Source: Macrostomum lignano
Lineage: Eukaryota
Length of the DNA: 64,000 nt
Direction of reading: 5' to 3'
Assembly: GCA_002269645.1 (NCBI GenBank)
Contig: NIVC01000278.1
Span: forward strand, 186,001-250,000
In this document: positions 11,652-24,171 of the stretch, one piece after another
How positions within the stretch are numbered: the first letter of the stretch is position 1
How the letters are laid out: each line of letters starts with the position of its first letter
The notes under the pieces: model-generated
Seen by the model: only the letters and a program-made list of their open reading frames with translations
The model's database searches: none
What the model was told of the DNA's origin: nothing
Program-made: the position numbers and the translations under genes

Positions 11652-12948
11652 AACAGGAGACTCCCGTGTCTAACAGGAGACTCCCATGTCTAACAGGAGA
11701 CTCCCATGTCTAACAGAAGACTCCCATGTCTAACAGGAGACTCCCATGTCTAACAGGAGACTCCCATGTCTAACAGGAGACTCCCATGTCTAACAGGAGA
11801 CTCCCATGTCTAACAGAAGACTCCCATGTCTAACAGGAGACTCCCATGTCTAACAGGAGACTCCCATGTCTAACAGGAGACTCCCATGTCTAACAGGAGA
11901 CTCCCATGTCTAACAGGAGACTCCCATGTCTAACAGGAGACTCCCATGTCTAACAGGAGACTCCCATGTCTAACAGGAGACTCCCATGTGTTGTGTTCTA
12001 ATTAACACAGAGAGTTTCTTTGATTGAAGCTTTTGAGTTCAGAGATACACATCTCGCTCACAATATATTTATAGAGGTGAAACTCCTACTTGCACGTTGC
12101 ATTGCCAAATCGATACGCAATCACCTACTCATTCTAGTCTGAGTACAATATACGCCCACGCATTCAATAAGGTCAATAGTTAATTGTTAGTGGTCAGTTC
12201 ATTGCGCAAGCATTGTCAGTCACAACACCATGTCTAACAGGAGACTCCCATGTCTAACAGGAGACTCCCATGTCTAACAGGAGACTCCCATGTCTAACAG
12301 AAGACTCCCATGTCTAACAGGAGACTCCCATGTCTAACAGGAGACTCCCATGTCTAACAGGAGACTCCCATGTCTAACAGGAGACTCCCATGTCTAACAG
12401 AAGACTCCCATGTCTAACAGGAGACTCCCATGTCTAACAGGAGACTCCCATGTCTAACAGGAGACTCCCTTGTCTAACAGGAGACTCCCATGTCTAACAG
12501 GAGACTCCCATGTCTAACAGGAGACTCCCATGTCTAACAGGAGACTCCCATGTCTAACAGGAGACTCCCATGTCTAACAGGAGACTCCCATGTCTAACAG
12601 GAGACTCCCATGTCTAACAGGAGACTCCCATGTCTAACAGGAGACTCCCATGTCTAACAGGAGACTCCCATGTCTAACAGGACACCATGTCTACTAGGAG
12701 ACTCCCATGTCTAACAGGAGACTCCCATGTCTAACAGGAGACTCCCATGTCTAACAGGAGACTCCCATGTCTAACAGGAGACTCCCATGTCTAACAGGAG
12801 ACTCCCATGTCTAACAGGAGACTCCCATGTCTAACAGGAGACTCCCATGTCTAACAGGACACCATGTCTACTAGGAGACTCCCATGTCTAACAGGACACC
12901 ATGTCTAACAGGAGACTCCCATGTCTAACAGGACACCATGTCTAACAG
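11652..12948. repeat. 20-bp minisatellite (gagactcccatgtctaacag) interrupted by a solo LTR
   Basis: Direct reading; 17-bp variant units (caggacaccatgtcta) appear after 12670. Confidence 0.95.
11989..12227. mobile_element. Solo LTR, 239 bp
   Basis: Termini TGTTGTG...CACAACA (perfect 7-bp inverted repeat) with 5-bp TSD CCATG (11984-11988, 12228-12232). Confidence 0.9.
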
Positions 12949-13619
12949 CAAAAGTGTGCATTCAGTTTAAATCCATACTCTGCTATCTAGAGTAGTCTCA
13001 AAAGTGCTTTCCCACCAAATTCGGTCCAAATGAAAGCAAAAATGCGGTTTTATTCTCATTTTCCTGCTCAAAACAGCGGCCGAGGTGGCTGAGCAGCCCT
13101 CATGCCCCGCCATTGTCTCAGTTCAATGCAATGCGAAGCCACTGCAAACATTTATTTATGTAAATTTCACAGTGCACTGAGTGAGCACAGACTCAAGTGT
13201 CTGCCAGCATCATTGATGCAGCATCTGCTGTTCAAATGAGATGCACAGAATGGCTGATGCTCGTTCGAACTCACTTTTGTGCAGATGAAGCAACAAGCCG
13301 CACCACCCAGCCTCCAGGTGAGCACATTGCTCAGCTGTCCACAGACTCTCTCCGAGCTCGAGTCTCCCCCATCGCCATGGCAACTGGAGAAGCTCTGCAG
13401 CGTCTGTGCAGTTAAGGGCTCTGCACATCTCCTGCTCACTGCGTGAGGGGCCGAGCCGTGAGGCAGCCTCAGACCTCATGACACTCTGCAAGCCCTTTGA
13501 AAACAATGGCCAGCTTCACTGCATGCCTGCTTCATCAGCTCTGCCTTCCCCGCACTGTTGTGTGCATTGCACTGAGTGAGGCTCAGAAATGACGCTGCGA
13601 AATATTGATATATGAAATG

Positions 13620-14703
13620 GGACACAGCGGGTCACAGCAAGTCAGGACACAGCGGGTCACGGCAAGTCAGGACACAGCGGGTCACGGCCGGCAAGTCAGG
13701 ACACAGCGGGTCACGGTAAGTCAGGACACAGCGGGTCACGGCAAGTCAGGACACAGCGGGTCATTGTGGCAAGTCAGGACACAGCGGGTCACGGCAAGTC
13801 AGGACACAGCGGGTCACGGCAAGTCAGGACACAGCGGGTCACGGCAAGTCAGGACACAGCGGGTCACGGCAAGTCAGGACACAGCGGGTCACGGCAAGTC
13901 AGGACACAGCGGGTCATTGTGGCAAGTCAGGACACAGCGGGTCACGGCAAGTCAGGACACAGCGGGTCACGGCAAGTCAGGACACAGCGGGTCACGGCAA
14001 GTCAGGACACAGCGGGTCACGGCAAGTCAGGACACAGCGGGTCATTGTGGCAAGTCAGGACACAGCGGGTCACGGCAAGTCAGGACACAGCGGGTCACGG
14101 CAAGTCAGGACACAGCGGGTCACGGCAAGTCAGGACACAGCGGGTCACGGCAAGTCAGGACACAGTGGGTCACGGCAAGTCAGGACACAGTGGGTCACGG
14201 CAAGTCAGGACACAGCGGGTCACGGCAAGTCAGGACACAGCGGGTCACGGCAAGTCAGGACACAGCGGGTCACGGCAAGTCAGGACACAGCGGGTCACGG
14301 CAAGTCAGGACACAGCGGGTCACGGCAAGTCAGGACACAGCGGGTCACGGCAAGTCAGGACACAGCGGGTCACGGCAAGTCAGGACACAGCGGGTCACGG
14401 CAAGTCAGGACACAGCGGGTCACGGCAAGTCAGGACACAGCGGGTCACGGCAAGTCAGGACACAGCGGGTCACGGCAAGTCAGGACACAGCGGGTCACGG
14501 CAAGTCAGGACACAGCGGGTCACGGCAAGTCAGGACACAGCGGGTCACGGCAAGTCAGGACACAGCGGGTCACGGCAAGTCAGGACACAGCGGGTCACGG
14601 CAAGTCAGGACACAGCGGGTCACGGCAGGTCAGGACACAGCGGGTCACGGCAAGTCAGGACACAGTGGGTCACGGCAAGTCAGTACACAGCGGGTCACGG
14701 CAA
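13620..14703. repeat. 25-bp minisatellite (ggcaagtcaggacacagcgggtcac), ~43 copies
   Basis: Direct reading; gives the GHGKSGHSGSRQVRTQRVTASQDTA pseudo-ORFs. Confidence 0.95.
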
Positions 14704-15356
14704 GCCAAGCGGTGGCTGTATATTTAACTGAGAACTCTTGAGTAAGCACTGGACTTCCTGCTCCAACAGTTGCTAATAAAAAGTCAGTCCAAAAATCAAA
14801 TACAAAACTCAGTTCCGGAAAAAGCGCCAAACCGGTGGCAGAAAAATGTGAAAAATTCTCGGCAACAGAAAATCTGGAGTAGGCATTGAGCAGTCTGAGC
14901 AGATTGGGGAAATTGTGATTAGCTTTTTGCCAGAGTTTCAAAATCAACATTGATCAGCTTGAATCTGACATAGCACTCGAGTGAGCACAAAAATGTCTCA
15001 GTAATTGAAAGGAGCAACCGGTAAAACAAACCCGGCAGTCAAATAAATAAAAGTTGAATTCCGAATCGCAGACGAATAAACAAAACTGTGATTGGATAAT
15101 TGATCCGGGCATCGGGAAGCAGCAGGGTGATCGATAGACAAAACGATAACTCAAAATTCAAAATCAGTGGACATAATGAATTAATGAATAGATATAATAC
15201 AAAATTCAAAATTCAAAATCTAAATGAGCAGAATGAGCAGTTCGAACAAACAAAGCAGCCGGATAAGCAAAAATGGCAATCGGATAAACAAAGAGGGCTA
15301 AAGAACCTCCCGCTCCAAGAGCCGCTTCGCCCCTTCACAGCCCAGCGCTCTCGCAG

Positions 15357-18300
15357 TCACGATGAGGCACTCAGGAAGCTGTGCCGCAGCAGCTCCGCGG
15401 TGTCCGCTCGCTTCCTCGGGTCATAGTCTACGCACCTGAGGTAGAAGTCCTTCAGGCCGGCTGAGAACCCGTCCGCAATCCGAGGCATCGCCCGCCCTCC
15501 GCACCTCAGCACGGCGATCCTGAACTGCTGAACGTTCGCGTCAGGAGGCTGCATGGCCGTCAGCTCATACACGGTGCAGCCGAAGGCCCACACGTCGGTC
15601 TTGGCTGAGTACGGAATCGAACCGCCCTCGCCCATGAACAGCTCGGGCGCCATGAAGTAGGGGGTGCCTTTGGGATCGACGCCTGTGCTCAGGCCGCAGG
15701 TGCCGACGATCTCCTTGGCGAGGCCAAAGTCGATCAGCTTGATGACGCCTTTGCTGGTGAGCATCGCATTGGAGCTCTTGATGTCACGGTGCAAGATGGC
15801 GCCCTCCGGCTGGCAGTGCAGGAAGTTCAGGCCTGAGCAGATCTGCAGGTGGAGCAGTTTTGAGTAGTCATGAGACCCCATACCTGCTCCCACCCACACT
15901 GATCCCACACTGAACCCACAATGATCCCACACTGATCCCACACTGATCCCACACTGATCCCACACTGAACCCACAACTGATCCCACACTGATCCCACACT
16001 GATCCCACACTGATCCCACACTGATCCCACACTGATTCCACACTGATCCCACACTGATCCCACACTGATCCCACACTGATCCCACACTGATCCCACACTG
16101 ATCCACCCATGCCAGGCAATGCCAGAGAACTCAGAGACGCACCTGTCTGGAGAAGTCCCTGACCCCGGACTCCTTGAACGGCTTGTTCTGACGCTGCATC
16201 AGCTCAAAGAGGCTGTGACCCGAGACCAGCTCGGTGAAGATGTACAGCCCATCCGACTTCTGCTCGCACTTGAGGAACTGCAGAATGTTGGGATGCGAGA
16301 GTCGCTTGAGGATCTCAACTCCCCGCTTCTCCATCTCGACGGCTTTCTGCAGCTTCCCCGATTGGCCGGTGCCGCTCAGGGGCAGCACCTTGACAGCCAC
16401 CGTCTGGTTGAGGTCTGTTAGGGCCTTGTACACCTCACCGAATCCGCCACGGCCGATGAGCTGCTTCTTTTCGTCCTGCAGGATGAAGTCCCAGTCGGTG
16501 AAGCTGGGGTCCAGCTGCTTCTTGGCGCTGAATCATGAAATGTAGGAATTCGATGAATTTTGAGTTGCTTGGGGCTTTCTGAGCACTTTGGAGTCACTCA
16601 GCCTTCTGCGTCACCACCCTTCTGCGTCACCGCACTTCTCCGTCACCACCCCTCTGCGTCACCACCCTTCTATGTCACCACCCTTCTGCGTCACCACCCT
16701 TCTGCGTCACCTGTGGCGCTATATATGGCGCGATCGGGAGATTGCGGGCCACGAAGAGATTGGAGGCTCTCAAATCATTCAAGTGCCAATATTTTGAACA
16801 TCACACCAAATACATTCCTAATAAAATCGGAGAGTTTGAAACTTCGGAGACTTTGATGGCACTTGAACTCGCTGATGCTTTGATGCAAATTGAGCTATGG
16901 GTGGGGGTTGGGGCCCATTAGGAGACTGGGGGCGCCATGGGGAGCTTCACTGTCAGATTCATGACGCCCTCGCTTGACTGCGGCGCTGCTGAGAATTTCA
17001 GGGCGCCGATCATCAAAGCGCAATGAAATTTCGCCAAACAATATTTTCAGTATTTTCAGTGTCAAGCAGCAGTTCTCAGTCAGGACTCACCCAGCTGAGG
17101 CGGCAGTCGGCGCTGAGCTGCCAGCGGGAGGCCGAGAGGCTTCGAGCCGCCGCTGCGTGGAGGAAATCCAGGCCCGCTTTGCTGACTCGTCTGCGTCCCG
17201 CCACTGACTCTCAACAACATCAGCCGGTGTTTCGCCATCCTTGTTCTTCAAGCTGAACATTTCGGCTCCGATTTGGTCAAAAATGAACTGAAGAGAGTCG
17301 ACTGGCTGCCACTGAGCGGCCAAATGGACGGCCGTGTAACCGTATTTGTCAGGAACTGTGAGACAGTCGCTGCCGAGCTCCTTCACCAGCCACTTCAGAT
17401 TTGAATTGTCAGACTTCTTAGCAGCAAAGTGAAATGTTCTTCTATCACCATCTCCCTTCAGCCGAAAGCAGTCAGTTCCAATCTGTCTCTTGATCCACTC
17501 CAGCGACTCGATGCCCTGATGCTGAGCGGCCAAATGGACGGCCGTGTCACCGGATCTATCAGGAACTGTGAGACAGTCGCTGCCGAGCTCCTTCACCAGC
17601 CACTTCAGCATTGAATTATCAGACTTCTGAGCAGCAAAGTGAAATGCTGTTCTATCCAAAAATCCCTTCAGCCGAAAGCAGTCAGTTCCGATCTGTCTCT
17701 TGATCCACTCCAGCGACTCGATGCCCTGATGCTGAGCGGCCAAATGGACGGCCGTGGTATCGTATTTGTCAGGAACTGCGAGACAGTCGCTGCCGAGCTC
17801 CTTCACCAGCCACTTCAGCATTGAATTTTCAGACTTCTGAGCAGCAAAGTGAAATGCTGTTCTATCCAAAAATCCCTTCAGCCGAAAGCAGTCAGTTCCG
17901 ATCTGTCTCTTGATCCACTCCAGCGACTCGATGCCCTGATGCTCAGCGGCCAAATGGACGGCCGTGTCACCTCTAGAGTTAGGAACTGTGAGACAGTCAC
18001 TGCCGAGCTCCTTCACCAGCCACTTAAGCATTGAATTGTCAGACTTCTCAGCAGCAAAGTGAAATGCTGTTCTATCCCTAAATCCCTTCAGCCGAAAGCA
18101 GTCAGTTCCGATCTGTCTCTTGATCCACTCCAGCGACTCGATTCCCTGATGCTGAGCGGCCAAATGGACGGCCATGTCACCGTATTTGTCAGGAACTGTG
18201 AGACAGTCGCTGCCGAGCTCCTTCACCAGCCACTTCAGACAAGAGTTGCTTTTTCTGTTCATAGCGGCAAAGTGAGCGACTGCCCTTCTCCATCCACTGA

Positions 18301-18649
18301 CAATTCTCAAGCAGCCTTTGCTTCCCTTCTCTTCAACCAGCTCCATCCAAGATTCGTCCTGATGCTGGGCAGCCAAATGCACTGGAGTCTGCCCTCTACC
18401 ATTTCCATGTGTCAGACAGTCGCGTCCGAATCTGTCAATCAGCAGCTCCAGGCACGACGTACTCACAGGCTTGCAGGCCACGTGATGGGCCAGCGGCATG
18501 CAAAGCTCTTCAAAGGGAAAGTTTTGCTTGTCGAAGCCGCCCACCTCCAGCCAGATGTTGCTGCCGACCTCACCGCACAGTCGCTGCAGCTCCTCGCTGT
18601 CTCCAGCCTCCAGCGCCGCTCTCAGCTTCCGCTTTATCTGCGTTGCCAT
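15357..18649 (-). CDS. Ankyrin-repeat + STE/MAP3K-like Ser/Thr kinase, 3 exons (18649-17091, 16527-16143, 15842-15357), ~809 aa
   Basis: Exon 1 has ~11-12 ankyrin repeats ([18 protein letters not shown]). Exons 2-3 have [30 protein letters not shown] and DVWAFGC. Splice joins gg|gtgagt..ttcag|c (phase 2) and cag|gtgcgt..ctgcag|atc (phase 0) keep the frame. Confidence 0.9.
15893..16104. repeat. 11-bp minisatellite (gatcccacact) in kinase intron 2
   Basis: Direct reading. Confidence 0.95.
16601..16711. repeat. 16-bp degenerate tandem repeat (cttctgcgtcaccacc) in kinase intron 1
   Basis: About 7 copies. Confidence 0.85.
17321..18240 (-). repeat. Coding 210-bp tandem repeat (70 aa, two ankyrin repeats), ~4.4 units
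   Basis: caaatggacggcc recurs at 17321, 17531, 17741, 17951 and 18161. Confidence 0.95.
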
Positions 18650-19254
18650 GGCTGCACTGCTTCTCCTAGCAGCGCTTCTCTGCCGATCTGCTGTCTGCCG
18701 CAGCTGTTCCACACGGCTTCAAACTGAGTGCTTTGCTCTTCTTCAAGCGAATTTGCTTGCCAGCTCAGCAGCAGCAGCAAAAGTGCCGCTGTCACGGACT
18801 GAAATCTCTGAGCTCTCCCTGTGCAGAGAAATTTGTTTAAATGGACTGAGGCCGATTCTCTTCTCTGACCCAGCGGCTGTGTTTGAGGCCTGATTGGGTG
18901 CCAGGGGGCCCGGCAGCTGCTCTGCTCAGCGGGGTGAGAGATGCAGGAGCAGTGAGATGCTGCGAGCTCTGCTGAGTTAAACAATGAGAGCTGACTGTGG
19001 CTGCGTGCTCGGCATAGCAAGTGCATTGTCAGTGGGCAGGGGTGGGGCAGCTGAGAAACGAGGGGAGAGAGATGGAGAGGGGAGGGAGGGCAGAGCTGAG
19101 GCCTGGAAATCAAGCGGAGCTCTCTGACGATTTTCAATTCAGTTTGCAATTGTATGGCAAATATTTTGCAGAAAAATGCTTATAACTGAGGATTTTCTGT
19201 TGATGAACTCGAAACAGATGGAGAATGGTCGGTTGGGCTTGCCAGCGACACTTT

Positions 19255-19445
19255 ACATCAGTATCTAACAGGTGACATCAGTATCTAACAGGTGACATCA
19301 GTATCTAACAGGTGACACCGGTATCTAACAGGTGACATCAGTATCTAACAGGTGACATCAGTATCTAACAGGTGACATCAGTATCTAACAGGTGACACTA
19401 GTATCTAACAGGTGACATCAGTATCTAACAGGTGACATTGGTATC
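19255..19445. repeat. 20-bp minisatellite (gtatctaacaggtgacatca), left part
   Basis: Direct reading; continues at 22868-23293. Confidence 0.95.
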
Positions 19446-22400
19446 TGTTGTGAATTGAACTCCGGCTGAAGTATTTAACTCATGAGCTTAAGATTCCTTA
19501 TATTTCTTATTTGAGAGAGATCAGAAGGTGAGCTCTAGGAACTTTGGGCTGGGTTAATTACCATAGAAGAAACTGTAGCGATAGAATGCTTAGAGGCGAT
19601 TAGTGCAAACAAACGGCATAGAATAACGAACTTAAACTTATATAAACTATAGTGCATCTCAGTGTGCGATACACCACATGCCCCTCCCTATATTCAGAAG
19701 ATGTCAATTGGAACAGTGAAGTCGTTTCATGTCGTTTCATTAGTTTCGCGTTTTTTTTCAACCCTCCTCGGATACCAGTTTAAGGCACAAAGCGCTCATG
19801 AGCGGATCGGTTTCTGAGGCTCCTTCTCAGCTGAACGGCTTCTTCAGGCACGGGTGTCTGAATCCCTGCGACTGGCTCGTTTCCGGTTTCTGGCACGCTG
19901 TTAGTCTCATCTTCGTCCTCCATCTCGAATTCCGATGGCCGGGTGGCCATTGGGGCAAGTTGATTCGTGCTTGCAAGGCGAAGCCCATCGTCAGCGAGGA
20001 TCCATGCCGTGTTTTGACCTGCCGTCATCACGAACTTTGCCGGGTTGCCGACTGAGGAGCTGCTTGGCGCATAGATCACGCTGTCACCCTGTTCGAAGTT
20101 GGTCACCACCGGGACTCTGAGTCGCCGTCCAAAAAGAATTTCGGCTGGGCAGCAGCCCCGCGAAGAGGCTGAGTTTCTGTGGTGCAGGAGGACCTTTTGC
20201 AAGAAGCGGCTTACTCCATGTGTGTAATTTTTTCAGACCAGGCCCTTAGTGCGGACTTGACGGTCTGAACGGCCCTTTCTGCGGCTCCATTCGCCTGCGG
20301 GTAATAGGTGGGTGACTCGAGCTTCTTGGCACCATTGGCGCGGAGCCACGATGTGAGCACTTCAGTGGTGAACTCTGGGGCGTTGTCCGAAACCACCAGC
20401 TCGGGGACGCCGAACCGTGTGAATACGGTACGCAGGCACTGAATGACTGAATCAGCTGTGCGATCGCGGCAAGGAAAGGCTTCTATCCAGCCGGAAAAGG
20501 AATCCACGATGACCAGGATGTTTCCAGCGCCTTTTACGTATGCCCAGTCCATGTGTACGCGCTGGAACGGATACGTTGATGGAGGCCAGCGATCCCTGTC
20601 GTGGCCGAGTTGAGGCCGAAGCCTGCAGCAGTCTGGACAGCGTCGAACAAACTGGGCAACGTCCTGTTGCATTCCGGGCCACCAGCAGCTAGTAGACATT
20701 AGACTGTGCGCTGCATGCATGCCCGTGTGCGTGTCGTGAATGGCATCGAACGCGGCCTTGCGCAGTCTTGGTGGAATGAAGACTCTTCTTTGCATGTAGA
20801 GTAGTCCATTTTCTAGCGTTAGTTTGTTTGAGACTTTTTTGAACTGCGCTTCTGCCTGGCTGCAGTTTCGCCAATCGCCTTGGCGGACGCGATTGAGAAT
20901 TCTCTGGGTGAGCGCGTCTAACTCCATCTCCGCTGTGATTCGTTTAGCGTCGATCACAGGTGATTCAAATGCGATTGAATTAATCGTCTCGAATGTGGCC
21001 TTGTCGTCTGATGAGCTGTCATCGAATCTGAGTCTGGATAAGGCATCTACGTGTGGAATGCTACTGCCACATGCATACTGAATTCGGTAATCAAACTGCA
21101 TCAGGTACAAGGCCCAGCGTCCAATTCGGGCTGAGGCATCCACTGGGACGCCGGATCCGGAGCCAAAAAGTCGGATGAGCGGTTGATGGTCTGTGCGTAT
21201 TGTGAATGGTCGGCCATGGAAGTAGTGCTTCAAGCGTGCGATGGCCCAAACAATAGCCAAGGCCTCCCGCTCGATGTTAGAATAATTGGATTCAGCGGAG
21301 GACAGGCTACGTGACACGTATATCACGGGATGGCCATCTTGTGTTGCCACGGCGGCGAGGGCTCCTTTGGAAGCATCAGTGGTCAGCGTCAGTTCCTTTG
21401 TCAAGCTGTAGGGCTGGACCACAGGCGCTGAAGCGATTTCCAGCTTTAGGCTCTCGAACGCTTTGGAACACTCCCCCGACCACACGAACGGAACGCTTGC
21501 TTGTCGTAGTCTATTAAGCGGTGCAGTTTTGCCTGCAAAGTTTGGGATGAGGCGGCCGAAGAAGTTTACCAAGCCAAGAAAGTGAGCGAGCTCTGATTTA
21601 TTTGCTGGCGGGCACACATGGCGAATTTTCTCCACTAGGCGATCATCGGGCTGAATACCAGCCGCGGATATTCGGAAGCCCAAGAACGAAACCGAATCGC
21701 AATAGCTGATGCTTTTCGCTTCGTTGATAGTCACGCGCTTCTCAGATAGACGCGTTCGCACAGCAGCGAGGCGCTTCTCCAGCGTGGGTTTGTCTGGCGC
21801 GTGAATGAGAATGTCGTCTTGGTAGATAAGCAGTCCTTTGATGTCTCCTAGAATGGATTCCATGGTGCGTTGGAAGATGAAGGAGGCGTTCTTCATCCCC
21901 ATTTGCAGCCGATTGACACGATAGAGCCCGCGGGACGTGTTTATTACCGATAGGTCTCTCGCGGCTTCATCAAGCTCGATCTGCCAGTACGCCGAACGTA
22001 GATCGACTGTGGCGAAAGTTTTGGCGTTCTTTAGCTTGGAGAACATGGTCTCGATGTGTGGAATGGGATATGAGTCTGATTTGATCTTCGAATTGACGTG
22101 CACGCTGTAGTCCGCGCACATGCGGAGAGTTCCATCCTTCTTCTTTACCCACACTACGGGCGAAGCGTAACTAACCGGACCCTCTGTTGGCTCGATGACA
22201 CCAAGTTGGTGGAGGCGATCCAGTTCTGCGCTGATTTGGCTTTCTAGGGCGAGTGGCACAGCACGAGCGCGGCAAAATTGTGGTTTAGCACCGTCCACCA
22301 GTTCCATTCGGGCCTTAACGCCTCGGATACAGGGCAGAGGTTCGACGGCAGTTTTTTCTGCTTGAACATCGCTGGCATGGAAGACACCGTCAGACTCGAG

Positions 22401-22867
22401 GAGGTCGCGGCCAAGCAACCCGTACGTCTTTTCCGAAGAGACTACAATCAGTTCCACTGGTTGAAGGCGTCCTCGTAGCTCCACAGTTGCAGTCACTTTG
22501 CCAAGCGATTTCATGACGTGCCCGTCGAAGGCCTCCAAGCGCCGATTGGAACGCATGAGTGGTGGCTTACCCAGCAGAGCCCACTGCGCACTGGAGAGCA
22601 CGGAGACTGATGCTCCCGTGTCGATCTGCATTTTGAAGGGCTTATCGTTGATGATGCGCACAGTCTCCATAGATACTTCAATCGAATTGAGCGCATCGAT
22701 GAGATGCAGTACGTCTGTTTTTTGTTGGGCGGAATCTGAATCCTCCTCACAAGTAGTCGTGTAGTGCATGGATCGAGACTTACAAACAGTACTGAAGTGG
22801 TTTTTCTTTCCACACTTGGAGCAGCTTTTTCCGAAAGCCGGGCATCTGCCTTCAGGGTGTGACTGAA
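19446..22867 (-). mobile_element. Ty3/Gypsy LTR retrotransposon, 5'-truncated: end of gag, pol, PPT and 3' LTR (19446-19678)
   Basis: CCHC knuckle CSKCGKKNHFSTVC, protease IDTGAS, RT IYQDDIL, RNase H (TDAS, EREALA, TDH), integrase HHCC and DDE. Purine tract tagggagggg just before TGTGGTG...CACAACA LTR. One frameshift near 20211 (integrase C-terminus continues in ORF 19780-20202). Confidence 0.95.
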
Positions 22868-23293
22868 GTGTGACATTATAGTATCTAACAGGTGACACTA
22901 GTATCTAACAGGTGACATCAGTATCTAACAGGTGACTTCGGTATCTAACAGGTGACATCAGTATCGAACTGGTGACATCAGTATCTAACAGGTGACACTA
23001 GTATCTAACAGGTGACATCAGTATCTAACAGGTGACTTCGGTATCTAACAGGTGACATCAGTATCGAACTGGGGACATCAGTATCTAACAGGCGACGCCA
23101 GTATCTAACAGTTGACATCAGTATCTAACAGGTGACATCAGTATCTAACAGGTGAAATCAGTATCTAGCAGGTGACATCAGTATCTAACAGGTGACATCA
23201 GTATCTAACAGGTGACATCGGTATCTAACAGGTGACATCGGTATCTAACAGGTGACACCAGTATCAAAGAGGTGACACAAGTACCTAACAGGT
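22868..23293. repeat. 20-bp minisatellite (gtatctaacaggtgacatca), right part
   Basis: Direct reading. Confidence 0.95.
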
Positions 23294-24171
23294 CTTAAAC
23301 AAATATAATTACAATGAATATTTATCACAAAAAGAGCAATCGAATAAACAAAACAATCAATCAGATAAACAAAAAGGTCAATCGGATAAACAAAAATGGC
23401 TTAACTCAATGCAGAGTGAAATATCTAGTGTTTTATTATCTGTGCACGATACTGCATATTTCTGATAAAATGCAACGCAGTTGTAAGCTACAGTTATAGA
23501 CATAAGGAATTTAGAATATATATCATTTTTAGTACATGGGAAATCATACTAAGGGGTTGGGGGCGAAGCCCCCTCATTCTTCACCGTACCGGTAGACAAC
23601 ATTTATCTTCTTTGTGACCGTCAAGCCATCTAATGAAGGAGAAGATCACTGCTCGATTCATACCTCTTTAATTTAGCTCCTCAACTTCAAACACGATTTA
23701 ATTTGATCCGCCTAAAACTGCAGCATACACAAAATGTCAGACGAAAGACAGTTATTAAATCGTCTGGTTGACTAACAGGTGGACACCAAGACTCATCACA
23801 GTCTACTAGCGACATGCGCTACTCAACTCTTATCAGTCTGGTGGTGGGCGTCAACTCAATTTTAACTTCAATAACTGCTCCGTCGTTATTAACGATTGAT
23901 TTTAAGTACGCTATGGTAGTGTGACTCCATTTTGGTGTGACTGGAACAAACTATATTGTTATTTAACCATGCGTCACCCTCAAAACTCGTGCGTTACTTG
24001 TACAAAAGCCGGAAGATTTTAAAAAATCTAACCCTGAGTTTTGTGTCTATGGCAAAAATAACATCCCGGAAACATGCACCAACGCTGGGACTTTAAGCGT
24101 TCGATACGAGCTATCAACAGACAACTTCAAACTCTGGTTTTATTTATAAACAGTTTGCCCTCATATTCGAC

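Noticed and set aside
13167-13506. Decayed paralog of the ankyrin-kinase N-terminus (EMCRALNCTDAAELLQL vs [17 protein letters not shown])
   Set aside because: Similarity is too short and weak to support by eye; it needs a tBLASTn test.
15664-22876. Antisense and alternate-frame ORFs overlapping the kinase and pol genes
   Set aside because: Shadow ORFs of GC-rich coding sequence with no independent motifs.
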